Made by a program: the position numbers and the translations under genes
DNA from: Alphaproteobacteria bacterium
GTDB lineage: Bacteria; Pseudomonadota; Alphaproteobacteria; SP197
DNA length: 64,000 nucleotides
Direction: 5' to 3'
Assembly: GCA_965228895.1 (NCBI GenBank)
Contig: OZ245842.1
Span: 2,903,964-2,967,963, forward strand
In this document: one piece after another, positions 27,880-37,822 of the stretch
How the letters are laid out: each line of letters starts with the position of its first letter
Position numbering within the stretch: position 1 is the first letter of the stretch
The notes under the pieces: model-generated
The model's database searches: none
What the model was told of the DNA's origin: nothing
The model's input: the letters and a program-made list of their open reading frames with translations, nothing else

Positions 27880-29914
27880 CGCGCATCAAGCGTCGGGCAT
27901 CGTAAAGGGCGGCGTGGATGTTGCGCCCGGCGACACAGTCGCCGATGCGGAAGAGCTGGAATCGTCCGGCATCGTTGTTGACGATGGCCTGCGCCCGCCC
28001 CTCGATCAACGCGTCGAGGTCGACCTCGCCCAGGTTCGATGAATGGGGTTTGAGCGCGAAGTAGAGATCGTCGACCGGCAGCGTGCCGTGTTCGCCGACC
28101 ACCTGATCGACCAGGCGTTCTTCTTCCACCAAGGAGAACTCGTTGCGCAGGGTGGCGCGCAGCTTGTTGCCGTCGCGCCTGATCGCGGTAAGCCGCAGGC
28201 TGGGCGTCATGACGATGCCAAGCCGGTACATCTCCGCCAGATGCACCGAGAAGTTCGTCGAGCCCATTTCTTCGGCGACCATGCGGTCGGGCGTCGCGAG
28301 CTCCACTTGCGACCCGCGCGTTGCCATAAACTGGGCAACGCTCGGTCCCTGATGCTGGCCGTTGTCGTCGTGCAGCAGCACGTTTTCACCGGGCTCGACC
28401 GCGCCCGACAGCACATCCCAGGCCGAGACCGCGAGGTCGTTGCCGCCGAACAAGCCCTTGTTCGGACGCCCACCGGTCGCGACGACAACAAGGTCCGGCT
28501 CGTCCGCCTCGACGGCCTCGCGCGTCGCCGCCGCGCTCAGGCGCAGGTCGATCGGTTGCTTCTCAACCTGTTGGGCCAGCCAGCGGGTGATACCGGAGAG
28601 GTTCTCGCGCCACACCGCGCGCGCCGCCAGGTTGACCTGGCCGCCGAGCCGGTCGGCCTTTTCGTAGAGCACGACATCGTGGCCGCGCTCGGCCGCCGCG
28701 CGTGCCGCCTCCATGCCCGCGACCCCGCCGCCGGCGACGACGATGCGACGTTTGCCTTGGGCCCTGGGCAGTACGTGGGGCAGGCTCTGTTCGCGCCCGG
28801 TCGACGGGTTCTGGATGCACAGGGCATCGCCGCCGACGTAGATACGGTCGATGCAGTAGTTGGCGCCGACGCACTGGCGCACATCGTCAACGCGATCCTC
28901 CGACAGTTTCTTCATGAGGTGCGGGTCGGCCATGTGAGCGCGCGTCATGGCGATCATGTCGACATGGCCTTCGGCGACCGCACGATCGGCGGTTGCCAGA
29001 TCGGCGATCCGTCCGGCATGGAACACCGTGACATCGCAAGCCTGCTTGACCGCGCTGGGCAGATAGAGGAACGCCGCCGGCGGGTACGCCATGTTGGGGA
29101 TCATGACGGCCAACGCATGATGGGTTTCGGTGTTGCCGTGCATGACGTTCATAACGTCGACCAGACCGGAATCGGCGTAGCGCTTCAAAACGCCGATCAT
29201 CTCTTCCTGGGTCAACCCGCCATCGAGCAGCGAGTCGCCGGTCACGCGCAGCGAGATGATGAAGTCGTCGCCAACCGAGCGCCGGACTTCCTGCATCACC
29301 AGATGGCCAAAGCGTTCGCGGTTCTCCAAGCTGCCGCCCCATTCGTCGTCGCGCAGGTTGTTGGACGGTGTCAGGAACTGTTCGACCAGGTGGGAGGCAT
29401 CGAACATCATCTCGACGCCGTCCAGGCCGCCTTCCTTGCAGCGCGCCGCGGCCTCGCCGAACGCCTTGATGATGCGTTCGATGTCGAAGTCTTCGATCTC
29501 CTTGGCGAAGGCGCGGTGGGCGGGCTCGCGCATCTGGGTCGGCGCGACGAGCGGCAGCCAGTCGGCGGTGTCCCAGCGGTTGCGTTTTCCCATGTGGGTG
29601 ATCTGGCACATCAGCGCCGCGCCCTCGTCGTGGACCCGCCGCGAGAACTCCTGGAAAAAGGGGATGACCCGGTCCTCGCTGACCGAGATCTGGCCGAACG
29701 CCTCGGCCGAACTGTCAGGTGCGACCGAGGCCGACCCGCCGAACATGGTAAGCCCAATGCCGCCCTTGGCCTTCTCCAAATGATAGAGCTGGTATCGTTC
29801 GCCCGGCATGCCGGCATCCGCATAGGCCGGCGCATGGCTCGTGCTCATGACCCGGTTGCGGATCGTGATGTTCTTGATGGTGAGCGGTTTGAGCAGCGCC
29901 TCGAACTGTGCCAT
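27872..29914 (-). CDS. dgcA: OYE-like FMN oxidoreductase fused to FAD/NAD(P)-binding domain (DgcA-like N-methyl demethylase family)
   Basis: 680 aa. The N-terminal TIM-barrel OYE pattern and C-terminal GGGVAGMEAARAAAERGHDV Rossmann fold match the architecture of the TMADH/DgcA/N-methylproline-demethylase family. It is the first gene of a minus-strand operon. The gene symbol rests on context and is tentative. Confidence 0.85.
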   Translation of the reverse strand: MAQFEALLKPLTIKNITIRNRVMSTSHAPAYADAGMPGERYQLYHLEKAKGGIGLTMFGGSASVAPDSSAEAFGQISVSEDRVIPFFQEFSRRVHDEGAALMCQITHMGKRNRWDTADWLPLVAPTQMREPAHRAFAKEIEDFDIERIIKAFGEAAARCKEGGLDGVEMMFDASHLVEQFLTPSNNLRDDEWGGSLENRERFGHLVMQEVRRSVGDDFIISLRVTGDSLLDGGLTQEEMIGVLKRYADSGLVDVMNVMHGNTETHHALAVMIPNMAYPPAAFLYLPSAVKQACDVTVFHAGRIADLATADRAVAEGHVDMIAMTRAHMADPHLMKKLSEDRVDDVRQCVGANYCIDRIYVGGDALCIQNPSTGREQSLPHVLPRAQGKRRIVVAGGGVAGMEAARAAAERGHDVVLYEKADRLGGQVNLAARAVWRENLSGITRWLAQQVEKQPIDLRLSAAATREAVEADEPDLVVVATGGRPNKGLFGGNDLAVSAWDVLSGAVEPGENVLLHDDNGQHQGPSVAQFMATRGSQVELATPDRMVAEEMGSTNFSVHLAEMYRLGIVMTPSLRLTAIRRDGNKLRATLRNEFSLVEEERLVDQVVGEHGTLPVDDLYFALKPHSSNLGEVDLDALIEGRAQAIVNNDAGRFQLFRIGDCVAGRNIHAALYDARRLMRDA

Positions 29915-29971
29915 GGCCGGATTGTCACCGGCGTGGCGCCGAATGCAAGCGGACCTTGACGCCGGAATCGG

Positions 29972-30111
29972 CTAGAGCAGATCCGGGTTTGATGGGATCG
30001 CTTCGCGATTCCATCAAGGCAGGTGAATCTGCTCTACTCTTAGATAGAGAGCGGATTCACATGGTTAGGTGGAACCGTCTGACGGTTCCACCTAACCATG
30101 ATCCGCTCTAA
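29972..30111. repeat. MITE-like palindromic intergenic repeat, copy B (140 bp), inverted relative to copy A
   Basis: Reverse-complement alignment with 2871-3007 is nearly colinear, with the same TIR and the same ggtggaacc...ggttccacc hairpin. It lies between the divergent starts of the dgcA-like gene (29914) and the GFA gene (30145). Confidence 0.8.
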
Positions 30112-30144
30112 GGTCGAGTCGCCATCGAATTGGGGGAGGCAAAC

Positions 30145-30630
30145 ATGGTGAGCGAAGCATTCTCCGCCGAGGGCGGCTGTCTGTGCGGCGAGGTCCGCTA
30201 CCGCATGACGTCGAACCCCCTGTTCGTCCATTGCTGCCACTGCACGCGCTGCCAGCGGGGCACCGGTTCGGCGTTCGTCCTGAACGCGATGATCGAGGCC
30301 GACCGGGTCGCGCTGATGCAGGGCAGCCCCGAGGTCGTGCCCGTGACGGCGCCCAACGGCAACGTCCACAGCATCTCTCGCTGCCCGACCTGCGAGGTGG
30401 CGGTCTGGAGCACCTATTCAGGTGCCGGCGACAAGATCTATTTCGTGCGGGTCGGCACCCTGGACGAGCCCCATCGCGTGCCGCCGGACATCCACATCTT
30501 CACCTCGACCAAGCAGCCGTGGGTGCAGTTGCCCGACGACGTCCCGGTGATGGAGGAATACTACAGTGCCAAGAAGTACTGGCCTCAGGAAAGCCTGGAG
30601 CGGTTCGCGGTGCTCAAAGGAAGGGCGTGA
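30145..30630 (+). CDS. GFA-family zinc protein (second paralog)
   Basis: ATG 30145 is preceded by GGGGGAGG. Motifs CLCGEVRY...CHCTRCQ...CPTCE. Confidence 0.8.
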   Translation: MVSEAFSAEGGCLCGEVRYRMTSNPLFVHCCHCTRCQRGTGSAFVLNAMIEADRVALMQGSPEVVPVTAPNGNVHSISRCPTCEVAVWSTYSGAGDKIYFVRVGTLDEPHRVPPDIHIFTSTKQPWVQLPDDVPVMEEYYSAKKYWPQESLERFAVLKGRA

Positions 30631-30712
30631 TAGTTCACGTTGCGTGATTCCTACGCTAGTCTCCCAAAACTAATGCAACTATCAAGTTTGACGATGTTTA
30701 GGGAGGTCGTGA

Positions 30713-31084
30713 ATGGCGCTGATCAAACCCGCGCTTTTGGCCATTTGTACAGTTCTGGCCGTCTCAGGATGCGCCGGCACCGAGGGAACGCCGGTTGCGG
30801 TTAAGCAAATCCTTGAAGAGAAGTACATCGGTAAGCACGTAGATGAGGCTTTCCTCGATCTAGGGCCGGCAGACGAAAGGGAACAATTAAGTAGCGGAAA
30901 CTATCTGTACTCTTGGACCAGGCAGAGCAACAAGTACGACACCAACCTGTTTATCAAGTCCGATGAGCGTTGTTCGATCAGCATCATGGCCGACAAGGAC
31001 GGTATCGTCAGGAAGATTGGTACAGTTGACGACAGCCTGGGCGCTTGGGAGATCAGCTACTGTAAAGAGCAGTTCAGTTTGTAA
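30713..31084 (+). CDS. Small lipoprotein, hypothetical (low-GC gene)
   Basis: Lipobox LAVSGC after a signal peptide. GGGAGG SD. Local GC is clearly below the flanks. Confidence 0.6.
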   Translation: MALIKPALLAICTVLAVSGCAGTEGTPVAVKQILEEKYIGKHVDEAFLDLGPADEREQLSSGNYLYSWTRQSNKYDTNLFIKSDERCSISIMADKDGIVRKIGTVDDSLGAWEISYCKEQFSL

Positions 31085-31146
31085 AGCCATGGCACGGCGC
31101 TTGGCAGCGCGCTTTGATGCGGAAACCGAGCACCCAGTCGACCGAC

Positions 31147-31653
31147 CTACCCGTGCATTTGCAGCTTGCGGCGTCGCGCGACGCGGCGGCTTAGCAGCCA
31201 AACCAGAATGACCAAGGCAAGTAGGTTGATCGAAACCGTCGCAACCGGACCGGCGGCGCCGGCGGCGGGTGCGGATATGTCGGCGGCGGCCACCAAAGTC
31301 TCGAAGCTGAACTCGAAACCATCGCCTCTGAATCCAACACCCACATAGGGCCCGCTGATAAAGAAGAGCCAGAGAGACGCCGTTTTGACCTGCACGAGTT
31401 GCAAGACCTGATTGATCATCGATAGGACGACGCCGGAACTTTTTAGCCGCAGTAGTTGGATGCCCGCGATGATGCTGTTGAGAAACAGCACGACGAAAAG
31501 AGCAAGAATGAAAACGTTGAGGATCGGCTGTGTCGAGAGGCCGCCGACCGCCCTCAAGAGCAGAAGCAATCCGTAGGCGCCGCCCGCGATCTGGATAACG
31601 GCAATAACCAGTGCGATGGCAAAGGCTGGTCCGGTTTCCTTGGCGCTTGTCAT
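31147..31653 (-). CDS. Hypothetical membrane protein (~168 aa)
   Basis: Start at ATG 31653. Four hydrophobic segments. No recognisable family. Confidence 0.5.
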   Translation of the reverse strand: MTSAKETGPAFAIALVIAVIQIAGGAYGLLLLLRAVGGLSTQPILNVFILALFVVLFLNSIIAGIQLLRLKSSGVVLSMINQVLQLVQVKTASLWLFFISGPYVGVGFRGDGFEFSFETLVAAADISAPAAGAAGPVATVSINLLALVILVWLLSRRVARRRKLQMHG

Positions 31654-31770
31654 CTCGTCACCCCCCTGTTGCCGGCATCGGCACACGTCGACCCATCGTA
31701 GGATTGTTTCGTCGAGCGAAAAGGCAAACTTTTAGGAGACTTCCAACGCAGGCCCCTGGCCGGCGGCACC

Positions 31771-32769
31771 CTACTGCATCATCAGCGGGTGGGCGGGCGT
31801 CGAGAGCGCCATGTGCAGGAGCGAGGCGCCAAACGCCAGGACGATAAGCCCGCCGGCCAGCGCGATGACATCGACAGCGGCGCCGACGCGCTGGCCGCTC
31901 TCCGGCAGACGATCGGCGAGGCGCAGCGAAAAGCCGCGTGCGTAAACCGCCAGCACCGCGAGGATTGAGACGGTCAGCGCGGTGCCGATCGACATGGCAA
32001 GCACGGCAGCCATGCCGCTCCAGGTCAGGTTCAGGGCATAGGCCAGCAGCAGGACCAGGATCGCGCCGCTGCACGGGCGCAAACCGATCGAGACGATAAC
32101 ACCGAAACCCTTGCGCCAGGACGCGCCGCCCTTGATATCGCGGGGGTCGGGCATGTGGCTGTGACCGCAGTGATCATGCCCCTCGCCATGACCGGCCTCG
32201 CCATGATGGTGGTGGCCGTGACCACCGGAACGGCGGCGCCAGAGCCGGCGCAATGCCGACACCACCAGCACGAGACCGAGCAGCAGCACGGCGGCGTAGC
32301 TGGCTGTCTCGAAATGGCCGGCGGTTCGCTGGGCGCCACGCAGCGGCAGATCGAGCAGTGTTACCGTTACCTCGACGGCGATGATGGCGACGATGCCTTG
32401 GGTTAGGGCCGCCAGAAACGAGAGTGCCACGCCACGGCGCAGCTCGCTCTCCTGGGTCAACAGATAGGTGGCGATGACGACCTTGCCGTGACCGGGGCCG
32501 ACCGCGTGGAAAACGCCATAAAGGAAGCTCAAGCCGATCAGGCCCCAGGCCGCCCAGATTCCGTGCTCGCCGACCGCCCTTACCGCGAACGCCAGGCGGT
32601 CGTGCAGGTCGCGCTGCATGGTCTGCACCCAGCCAACCAGCTGTGACCACGGATTGTCGACGAAGGCATAGAGCAGAGCGACGAGCGCGGCCGCCACCAG
32701 CAAAGCGGCGACCGGCAACCATGCGACCGGCAGGGGCCGGCCAGTCAGTCGCAGGTTACGTGAACCCAT
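31771..32769 (-). CDS. NicO/HoxN-like nickel/cobalt transporter with His-rich loop
   Basis: Multiple TM helices and a central loop HGHHHHGEAGHGEGHDHCGHSH. It is paired with a DUF1007 gene upstream, the conserved partner of this transporter family. Confidence 0.8.
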   Translation of the reverse strand: MGSRNLRLTGRPLPVAWLPVAALLVAAALVALLYAFVDNPWSQLVGWVQTMQRDLHDRLAFAVRAVGEHGIWAAWGLIGLSFLYGVFHAVGPGHGKVVIATYLLTQESELRRGVALSFLAALTQGIVAIIAVEVTVTLLDLPLRGAQRTAGHFETASYAAVLLLGLVLVVSALRRLWRRRSGGHGHHHHGEAGHGEGHDHCGHSHMPDPRDIKGGASWRKGFGVIVSIGLRPCSGAILVLLLAYALNLTWSGMAAVLAMSIGTALTVSILAVLAVYARGFSLRLADRLPESGQRVGAAVDVIALAGGLIVLAFGASLLHMALSTPAHPLMMQ

Positions 32770-33416
32770 TCAGCGAACATCGAGCCCAAGTCTGAGGGTC
32801 CGGTCTGCGTGCGGTCGAGCGCCGACGCCAAAGCGACAGCCTCAAAGGTCGGATCGGCCGCCTCGGTCAGCGCGATGCAAGTGCCGGTTTCCCCGCCGCG
32901 CAACATCACCGGATCACCTTCCAGATGAACCATTTCGATGTAGTAACTGGGATCGTAGATCGAATAGCTGACGATTTGCGCATTCGGGTCGACCGGTTCG
33001 GCGAGCTCGACGACGAACCGCAGCCAAAGCCGCTCGTCGCGCATTTCGGTTTCGTACTCCAGGATCTCGCCGATCGCCACGGTGTCACCATCGGCGATCA
33101 TCTGCGTGAAATAGTCGTAGTCCGCCAAGCTTGTCAGATTGATCTCGGCGAGTTCGTCGAGCACCTCCTGAAGCGGCCGGTCCTCCATCGCCAGTTCTTC
33201 GGCGATCAGACCGGAATAGAAGTAATCGAAGAACCACTCCTGTTCGATCGCCGTGATCCGGCCGTCCTCATCGAACAGCAGACCACTTCTAAGATCGATC
33301 CAGGCGTGGGGGTGGGAGGTCGCGGGCTCTCCCGGCATCGCGATCAAGAGCGCCGTAAGGGCCGCCACAAGGAAACGTGGCAACGTAACGACATGCGACA
33401 GGCTGCGACGCGTCAT
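32745..33416 (-). CDS. DUF1007-family periplasmic protein (partner of NicO-type transporter)
   Basis: Start ATG 33416. Signal peptide followed by the family-signature HPHAWID motif. Overlaps the transporter gene by 25 nt. Confidence 0.8.
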   Translation of the reverse strand: MTRRSLSHVVTLPRFLVAALTALLIAMPGEPATSHPHAWIDLRSGLLFDEDGRITAIEQEWFFDYFYSGLIAEELAMEDRPLQEVLDELAEINLTSLADYDYFTQMIADGDTVAIGEILEYETEMRDERLWLRFVVELAEPVDPNAQIVSYSIYDPSYYIEMVHLEGDPVMLRGGETGTCIALTEAADPTFEAVALASALDRTQTGPSDLGSMFAEWVHVTCD

Positions 33417-33542
33417 GAACACGCAATTGTTCGAAATGATCCGATCCCCTACCAAACGCGGCCGAACTCTATCGCAAGCCAGCCATCGTTGCACATCACG
33501 TTCAGAGACCTAACCGCGGCGTGAGTCCGAAATGTGGCGGCG

Positions 33543-34058
33543 CTATGAAACGCGCCACAGCGTGACCGCCGGGCCGTCCGCGCCCATAAGCGGGTCGGAT
33601 ACCGGTAAGGCGACAGCCTCGATGCTCGCGCGGATGGCGTTCTTTTGGGGCTCGTGCTCACGCTTGATGTCGGGCGCCTGGCCCGGCGGATAGGCGCCGA
33701 CGACGGACAGACCCGGCGCATCGTCCAACCGGCGATGGCCGACGCCGGCCGGGATCACCGCCGCATCGCCCGCCTCGACATCGAACACCGGTCCTTCCGG
33801 CCCGCCGAACTGGATGCGCGCGCTACCCTTGGCGATGCCGACGACTTCGTGCGCCTCGGCGTGATAATGATGAAAGTCGAAGATGACGCCGCCGCGCCAG
33901 CCGTCGCCCCAGCCGTTCTCGCGGAAAACCGTCTCGAACGCACCGTCGGGATCGTCACCGGCGACATCGACGGCGCCCTTATAGAGAATCAGTGGCAGAC
34001 GCCCGTTGTTCGGGATGTCGCCGTCATCGGTCAGAACCTGATGGATTACTTCGGCCAT
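33543..34058 (-). CDS. Cupin-domain protein
   Basis: Start ATG 34058. Cupin-like His cluster (HHYHAEAHE). The 53-aa upstream extension was rejected. Confidence 0.65.
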   Translation of the reverse strand: MAEVIHQVLTDDGDIPNNGRLPLILYKGAVDVAGDDPDGAFETVFRENGWGDGWRGGVIFDFHHYHAEAHEVVGIAKGSARIQFGGPEGPVFDVEAGDAAVIPAGVGHRRLDDAPGLSVVGAYPPGQAPDIKREHEPQKNAIRASIEAVALPVSDPLMGADGPAVTLWRVS

Positions 34059-34265
34059 GGTGTCGCTCCTTCGCCGGTCTGTACCAAGAGCCTGAAGCCA
34101 AGCGTTTCTGCGGTCAACCGTGCACCCGGCGATCACGCGACCGGCCGTACCCCCAATGAATTCGACCGAATTCTTGCTCAGACCTGAGCCCAAATCTAAC
34201 CTATGGTGTTGCAGCAATAAAGGTTAACAACCTGGAGCCGCACCGGCGCGGTACCCGGTGAGCAC

Positions 34266-35264
34266 GTGAGCGACACACAACGAAGTTTCGGCCCTTGGGC
34301 CGGGTTGACCTTGCCGCGCCTTGTGCGGTTGCCGGCCGCGTTGGTTCTGGTCCTTGGGCTCGGCGCCTGCGCTGGCGCGATCCATCAGCTCCCACAGATC
34401 ACCGAGGCGGATGTCAATCGGGCGACCTCGGAGATTCAAAACGCCGAGGGGCTTCACGTCACCAAACGTACGGTCGCAGAGAACCGCGCCATCGTCATGC
34501 GCGTCGCGGCACGCCTGCAGCAGTCTGCCGGCGAGATTTGCCGTCACGTCGACAGTCCGACATGCCGCTTCCATGTGGTGTTCGATCCAAGCCTTGAACT
34601 CGACGCCTATGCCCACGGCGACAACCGCATCACCATCACCCAGGGCCTTGCCAGACACCTGGAAACCGAGTCCGAGTTTGCGACGGTAATCGCCCACGAG
34701 ATGGGCCATCACATGAACGATCACATAACAAAGCTGCAGGAGAACGCGGTCGCCGGCGCCCTTATCTCAGGCGTCTTGTTCGGCGTGATTGCCGTGGGCA
34801 CAGGCGCCTACGAGGTCGACCCCACCGGCACAGCGGACACCATGAACGAGGCAATGCAGTTGGGCAGTGGTCTCGGCGTGCTTTCCTATAGCAAGGAGCA
34901 TGAACGCGAAGCCGACTACATCGCAGCCTACATCATGGCTCGCGCGGGCTATGATCTGCACGACGGCCGCATGCTTTGGGCGAAGCTGACCCGCCAGTCC
35001 GAGAACTACGAAACCGGCCTCTTCGACACACACCCCTCCGGTCCCGACCGGCTGGCAGCCTGGGACGTCACGGTCATGGAGGTCGAGCGAAGTCCGGACT
35101 TGCTTCCCAACCTGATCGGCGAAACAGACGAGGTGTTATCCGCAACAACCCCGGCCGTCAGCGACGGCAGCAATGTCGTGCAAAAACAAACAAAAACATC
35201 GTCAACCACCAAGAGCGTGAATGTGGATTCGGCTGAGCGGCCATCCAAACCCGCCGCCCCCTGA
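34266..35264 (+). CDS. M48-family zinc metallopeptidase lipoprotein
   Basis: HEMGHH zinc motif with downstream E (EHEREAD). N-terminal signal plus LGLGAC lipobox. Apparent GTG start. Confidence 0.8.
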   Translation: MSDTQRSFGPWAGLTLPRLVRLPAALVLVLGLGACAGAIHQLPQITEADVNRATSEIQNAEGLHVTKRTVAENRAIVMRVAARLQQSAGEICRHVDSPTCRFHVVFDPSLELDAYAHGDNRITITQGLARHLETESEFATVIAHEMGHHMNDHITKLQENAVAGALISGVLFGVIAVGTGAYEVDPTGTADTMNEAMQLGSGLGVLSYSKEHEREADYIAAYIMARAGYDLHDGRMLWAKLTRQSENYETGLFDTHPSGPDRLAAWDVTVMEVERSPDLLPNLIGETDEVLSATTPAVSDGSNVVQKQTKTSSTTKSVNVDSAERPSKPAAP

Positions 35265-35352
35265 TTTCTGTCAATTGCTTCACCTGATCATCCGAGGCCG
35301 ATAGGATCTACGGCACGATCATACCTTCGCCCAACGGCGCTCGGGACCCCAC

Positions 35353-36438
35353 ATGAAGGACGATTTCCAACACCGTGGAGCGGGACCTGAGGATCTTGCC
35401 GACGGCTGGTCCGTCGCCGCCCCTGACGATCGCGGTATGGATGGTGCACTGCTGGCCGAAATCGCCAAGCACTTTAGGGCGTGGAGCGAGGCCAATGTCC
35501 ATGGCGTGGCGATCGCGCGTTGCGGCGCTCTGGTCTACGAGCACTACTTCACCGGCGAGGATCAGGCCTGGGGCAAACCACTGGGCCAGGTCACCTATGA
35601 CGCGTCCACACGTCACGACCTGCGTTCGATGACAAAAAGCGTCACCGGGCTTCTGGTTGGCATCGCGTTCGAACGCGGTTGGCTGAACGATATCGAGGCG
35701 CCGGTCTTTTCGTTTTTCCGGGAACACGACGATCTGAAGACGCCGGAGAAAGCGGGGATCACCCTACGCCATCTGCTCACCATGTCGCCGGGCCTGGCGT
35801 GGGACGAGAACACGCCCTATAGCGACCCCGCCAACAGCGAGCGTCAGATGTCGGTGGCGCCCGATCCCGTCCGCTACGTGCTCGAGCAGCCGCTGGTGCG
35901 CCCGCCCGGTGTCTCCTACAACTATGGTGGCGGCAACACGGCGCTTCTTGCCGCGATCCTGAAACGCGTTTCAGACAAGGCACTCGACGACCTCGCCCAA
36001 GAGGTCCTGTTCGATCCGCTCGGCATCAGCGACGTCGAGTGGATACGGTATCCGGACGGCACGCCGATCGCGGCGTCTGGCCTGCGCCTGCGCCCGCGTG
36101 ACATTGCCAAGGTTGGCCAGCTCGTGTTGGACAAGGGCCAATGGCGCGGCGAACGGGTCGTCTCGGCGGACTGGATCGAACAATCGATCACGCCACAGAT
36201 CAACGGCCAGAGTCTTTTCTTCTACGGCTACCATTGGTGGCTCGGCCGCTCGCTGGTCGACAAACGCGAGGTCACCTGGGCGTCTGCCGTCGGCTGGGGT
36301 GGCCAGCGCATGTTCGTCGTGCCAAGCCACGACCTCGTGGTCACCGTGCTGGCCGGGCTCTACGACAACATGTTCCTGCAGCCGATCCCCGGCGAGGTCG
36401 TCTTGCGGCGCTACGCGCTGGCGTCGATCCAACCGTAA
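35353..36438 (+). CDS. Serine hydrolase of the beta-lactamase/transpeptidase-like family
   Basis: S-x-x-K motif SMTKS, a later YNYGGGN-type region, and typical length (361 aa). Confidence 0.8.
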   Translation: MKDDFQHRGAGPEDLADGWSVAAPDDRGMDGALLAEIAKHFRAWSEANVHGVAIARCGALVYEHYFTGEDQAWGKPLGQVTYDASTRHDLRSMTKSVTGLLVGIAFERGWLNDIEAPVFSFFREHDDLKTPEKAGITLRHLLTMSPGLAWDENTPYSDPANSERQMSVAPDPVRYVLEQPLVRPPGVSYNYGGGNTALLAAILKRVSDKALDDLAQEVLFDPLGISDVEWIRYPDGTPIAASGLRLRPRDIAKVGQLVLDKGQWRGERVVSADWIEQSITPQINGQSLFFYGYHWWLGRSLVDKREVTWASAVGWGGQRMFVVPSHDLVVTVLAGLYDNMFLQPIPGEVVLRRYALASIQP

Positions 36439-36523
36439 GACATCCTATCGCAGTCCGTCCCGTGCAACCGTCGCGCGCGTCTGTTAGGGTGCCGACGGCG
36501 CGCAGTTCATCCCTGGGTTAACC

Positions 36524-37822
36524 ATGAGTCAAACGATGGCGGCATCGCCAGCTGCGCGCAAAAGCAAGGTGACGCCGAAGACCGTCTTCGCCTGCGTCAT
36601 CGGCAACATCCTCGAATGGTACGACTTCACCGCCTACGGTTTTCTGGCGACGATCATCGGCGCCAGCTTCTTTCCGTCCGGCGATAGCTTCGCCTCGGTG
36701 CTCGCGGCGTTCGGCGCGCTTGCTGCGGGTTACGGCGCCAGACCGCTGGGCAGCATCATCGGCGGTCACCTGGGCGACCGCATCGGGCGCAAGCCGACCA
36801 TGATCCTGTGCATGACGACCATGGGTCTGTCGACCTTCGCCATCGGCCTCTTGCCGACCTATGAGCAGATCGGCGTCACGGCTGCCGTGCTGCTGGTCGC
36901 CATCCGCGTCATCCAGGGTCTCTCGGTGGCCGGCGAATACAGTTCGTCGTCGGTCCTGCTGGTCGAAAACGCCGAACCGCGCCGGCGCGGCTTTGTCGGC
37001 AGCTGGATTGCCTGCGCCATGATGGCCGGCTGTCTGCTGGGCTCCGGCATGGCGGCACTTTCCAGCGCCATCGTCGGCGACACCGCGATGGCGGCATGGG
37101 GCTGGCGTATCCCGTTTCTGTTCGGCGGCGTTATCGCCATCATCGGCATCGTGATCCGCCGGCGGCTCACCGAGTCGGCGGCCATGCCAGGCACCGACGA
37201 GGTCCTCGCCGTCCCGATCGTCGACGCGTTCAGGAACCACTGGCGCACGATCGTCACCATCGTCGGCATCAACATGCCGATTTCGGTCAGCTACTTCGTT
37301 CTTTTTGTCTACGCCGTCTCGTACCTGACCGACCAGATGCACTTCACGACGTCCCAGGCGATGGACATCAACACCGTCAGCCTGATCGCCATGACCCTGC
37401 TGATCCCGCTGACGGGCCTTGCGGCGGACCGTTTCGGGCGCAAGACCGTGCTCTACGTCTCACTGCTCGGCACCATCGTCGCCGGCTGGCCCGCCTGGTA
37501 CCTGATGCACACGCCGGAACTTGGCCTGGTCCTGGTTGGTCAGCTGGTCATCGCGTGCCTCAGCGCGGCGGGCTGGGCGTTGTCGGTTCCGATGATGGTC
37601 GAGCTGCTGCCGGCCAAGGTGCGCTGCACCGGCGGCGGCCTTGGCTACAACATCTGCCTCGCCCTGTTTGGCGGTACGACGCCGTTGATCGCCGCCTATC
37701 TGGTCGAGCGCACGGGCGATGACTTCACGCCGATCTACTACGTGATGATCGCCGCCGCGATCGCCTTCGTCTTCACACTGCGCATGCCGGAGATGGCGGG
37801 CAAACCGCTGCCGAGAGACTAG
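36524..37822 (+). CDS. MFS transporter of the metabolite:H+ symporter type (ProP/KgtP-like)
   Basis: 12 TM pattern. N-terminal ...NILEWYDFTAYGF... and GRKP motifs are characteristic of MHS family. Confidence 0.85.
   Translation: MSQTMAASPAARKSKVTPKTVFACVIGNILEWYDFTAYGFLATIIGASFFPSGDSFASVLAAFGALAAGYGARPLGSIIGGHLGDRIGRKPTMILCMTTMGLSTFAIGLLPTYEQIGVTAAVLLVAIRVIQGLSVAGEYSSSSVLLVENAEPRRRGFVGSWIACAMMAGCLLGSGMAALSSAIVGDTAMAAWGWRIPFLFGGVIAIIGIVIRRRLTESAAMPGTDEVLAVPIVDAFRNHWRTIVTIVGINMPISVSYFVLFVYAVSYLTDQMHFTTSQAMDINTVSLIAMTLLIPLTGLAADRFGRKTVLYVSLLGTIVAGWPAWYLMHTPELGLVLVGQLVIACLSAAGWALSVPMMVELLPAKVRCTGGGLGYNICLALFGGTTPLIAAYLVERTGDDFTPIYYVMIAAAIAFVFTLRMPEMAGKPLPRD

Noticed and set aside
26668-29959. 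Long plus-strand ORFs (26668-27981, 28043-29959) antisense to dgcB-like and dgcA-like genes
   Set aside because: Shadow ORFs with no start context. The real genes on the minus strand have clear cofactor motifs.
29908-30369. Small ORFs (29908-30111 plus strand, 30040-30369 minus strand) overlapping MITE copy B
   Set aside because: Their translations (e.g. ...MVRWNRLTVPPNHDPL) come from the palindromic repeat itself, and the same peptide-like strings appear from copy A. They are repeat artefacts.
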